Assembly: GCA_032128115.1 (NCBI GenBank)
Contig: JAQBHB010000041.1
Coordinates: 64,001 to 128,000, forward strand
Reading direction: 5' to 3'
Length of the DNA stretch: 64,000 bases
Origin: Deltaproteobacteria bacterium
Lineage (GTDB): Bacteria > Myxococcota_A > UBA9160 > SMWR01
The notes below the pieces were generated by a model. That model was not told the DNA's origin. It did not search any database and worked only from the letters and a program-made list of their open reading frames with translations. Below are positions 62,360 to 64,000 of this stretch, piece by piece. The translations under genes and the position numbers were made by a program. Numbering within the stretch: position 1 is the first letter of the stretch; the number at the start of each line of letters is the position of its first letter.

Positions 62360-64000
62360 ATGGCTGTGTCGAAACCCCCGATCGAATCCAGGCAGCAACG
62401 AAATTGGCGGCTTCCGCCCGTCGGGGGAAACCCGGGAACGACGCCCTCCACCACCACGCCGGGAAGTTTCGCCAATCCGAGCCAGCTGGGCAGCCCGTTG
62501 TCGTTCAGCTCGCCCGACACCCCCGGCATGCCCGCGCCCTCGGAGCGAACCGCCTGGGATTTCATGCCCGCCGACTGGAGCCTCGTGAACGGACGCTGGG
62601 CGCCCCCGGCGGGCTTCGTGGCCATTACCCAGCTGGAGCATGCGCGCCTGGGACACATCAGCCCGGAGATGGGCCGCGTGGCCGAGCGCGAGCCGCACCT
62701 CACGCCGGCGATGGTGCGCGACGAGGTGGCAGCGGGGCGGATGGTGATTCCCGCCAACCTGAAGCACCTGGAGCTCGATCTCGATCCCATGGCCATCGGC
62801 CGGGCAAGCCTCACCAAGATCAACGCCAACATGGGCGCGTCACCGGTGAGCAGCGGCACCGACGAGGAGCTCGAGAAGCTGCGCTTCGCCGAGCGCTGGG
62901 GCGCCGACACCGTAATGGATCTGTCCACCGGCGGGGATCTCGACGCCACTCGCGAGGCGATCATTCGCGGCTCCACGGTCCCCATCGGAACCGTCCCCAT
63001 CTATTCCATGATCGTGGGCCGCAAGCTCGAAGACCTCGACGCCGAGACGGTTATCTCGTCGCTGGAACACCAGGCCCGCCAGGGGGTGGACTACTTCACC
63101 ATCCATGCAGGCGTATTGCGTGAGCACCTGCCCTTCGTGCGCAATCGCACCATCGGGATCGTGAGTCGTGGCGGTTCCCTGCTGGCGAAGTGGATGCTGG
63201 ACAACCAGCGCCAGAACCTCATGTACGAGATCTGGGACGACATCTGCGATGTGCTCCGCCGCCACGACGTGACGTTTTCCATCGGCGACGGCCTGCGGCC
63301 GGGCGGCCTGGCCGACGCCACTGACGAAGCCCAGCTGCGGGAGCTCGAGACGCTGGGTGAACTCACCGAGCGGGCCTGGCGCCACGGCTGCCAGGTGATG
63401 ATCGAAGGGCCGGGCCACGTGCCGATCGACCAGATCGAGTTCAACATGAAGCTCGAGCGCCGCATTTGCCACGGCGCTCCCTTCTACGTGCTGGGCCCGC
63501 TGGTCACCGACATCTTCCCAGGCTACGACCACATCACGAGCTGCATCGGCGCCACCATGGCCGCCTATCACGGCGCCTCCATGCTCTGCTACGTGACTCC
63601 CAAGGAGCACCTGGGACTCCCCAACAAAGACGACGTGAAGCAGGGCGTGATCGCCTACAAGATCGCGGCCCACGCCGCAGACATCGCCCTGGGCATCCCG
63701 GGCGCGCGCGACCGGGACGACGAGCTCACCAAGGCCCGCGCCGCACTCAACTGGGAGAAGCACTTCGAGCTGGCCTACGACACCGACACGGCGCGCGCGT
63801 ATCACGACGAAGACATGGACGTGGACACGGACTTCTGCGCCATGTGCGGACACGACTGGTGTGCGGTGCGCATCAGCCGGGAAATCGAGGAGTTCGTGAG
63901 CGGCAAGGACGAGCACTACGCCTGGGATGGCCCCCGGGTGAGCGCGGCGCTGACACCCGAGCAGCGCGAGATCCTGGAGAAGCGCGGCGCCCTGGAACCG
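62360..64000 (+). CDS. thiC: Phosphomethylpyrimidine synthase (runs off the window end; absent from the ORF track)
   Basis: [67 protein letters not shown] (Cx2Cx4C). Confidence 0.97.
   Translation, partial: MAVSKPPIESRQQRNWRLPPVGGNPGTTPSTTTPGSFANPSQLGSPLSFSSPDTPGMPAPSERTAWDFMPADWSLVNGRWAPPAGFVAITQLEHARLGHISPEMGRVAEREPHLTPAMVRDEVAAGRMVIPANLKHLELDLDPMAIGRASLTKINANMGASPVSSGTDEELEKLRFAERWGADTVMDLSTGGDLDATREAIIRGSTVPIGTVPIYSMIVGRKLEDLDAETVISSLEHQARQGVDYFTIHAGVLREHLPFVRNRTIGIVSRGGSLLAKWMLDNQRQNLMYEIWDDICDVLRRHDVTFSIGDGLRPGGLADATDEAQLRELETLGELTERAWRHGCQVMIEGPGHVPIDQIEFNMKLERRICHGAPFYVLGPLVTDIFPGYDHITSCIGATMAAYHGASMLCYVTPKEHLGLPNKDDVKQGVIAYKIAAHAADIALGIPGARDRDDELTKARAALNWEKHFELAYDTDTARAYHDEDMDVDTDFCAMCGHDWCAVRISREIEEFVSGKDEHYAWDGPRVSAALTPEQREILEKRGALEP

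Overview
This high-GC window is gene-dense and mostly housekeeping or metabolic. A Myxococcota/deltaproteobacterium-like origin is only a tentative inference from gene content. In order it holds: a luxE-luxC-like pair and a B12-binding radical SAM gene; an FAD oxidoreductase and a GST; a complete Rrf2-sufBCDSUT operon with a readable sigma70 promoter, two palindromic operators and a Fur-like box; an AlkB-type monooxygenase; aguA-aguB; a mobA/NuoEF-like/FdhA/yqeC formate dehydrogenase cluster; lipid genes; a cytochrome c and a PuuD-like membrane protein; a 5'-3' exonuclease, proS, ilvE, IclR, FIST, rnd, pepP, acs, an M23 peptidase, mutY and aroC; a ferredoxin/LLM/MetB-family/CbiX/MFS run; a ThDP decarboxylase heading three GT-C-like genes and a GT9; a ClC transporter; an M28 peptidase; and a TPP riboswitch with thiC (cut off by the window end). 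I saw no tRNA, rRNA, CRISPR array or transposase. The best leads are (1) a ~260-nt multi-hairpin region downstream of rnd whose stems pair properly only on the minus strand, a candidate unannotated ncRNA; (2) two copies, 56 kb apart, of an 87-bp element with identical 26-bp terminal inverted repeats and 35-bp divergent spacers (REPIN/MITE-like); (3) yqeC inside a Cys-type FDH operon that has no fdhD; (4) the decarboxylase plus GT-C/GT9 operon; and (5) recurring leaderless-type promoters and possible CTG starts. All protein calls come from reading motifs by eye; no database searches were run.
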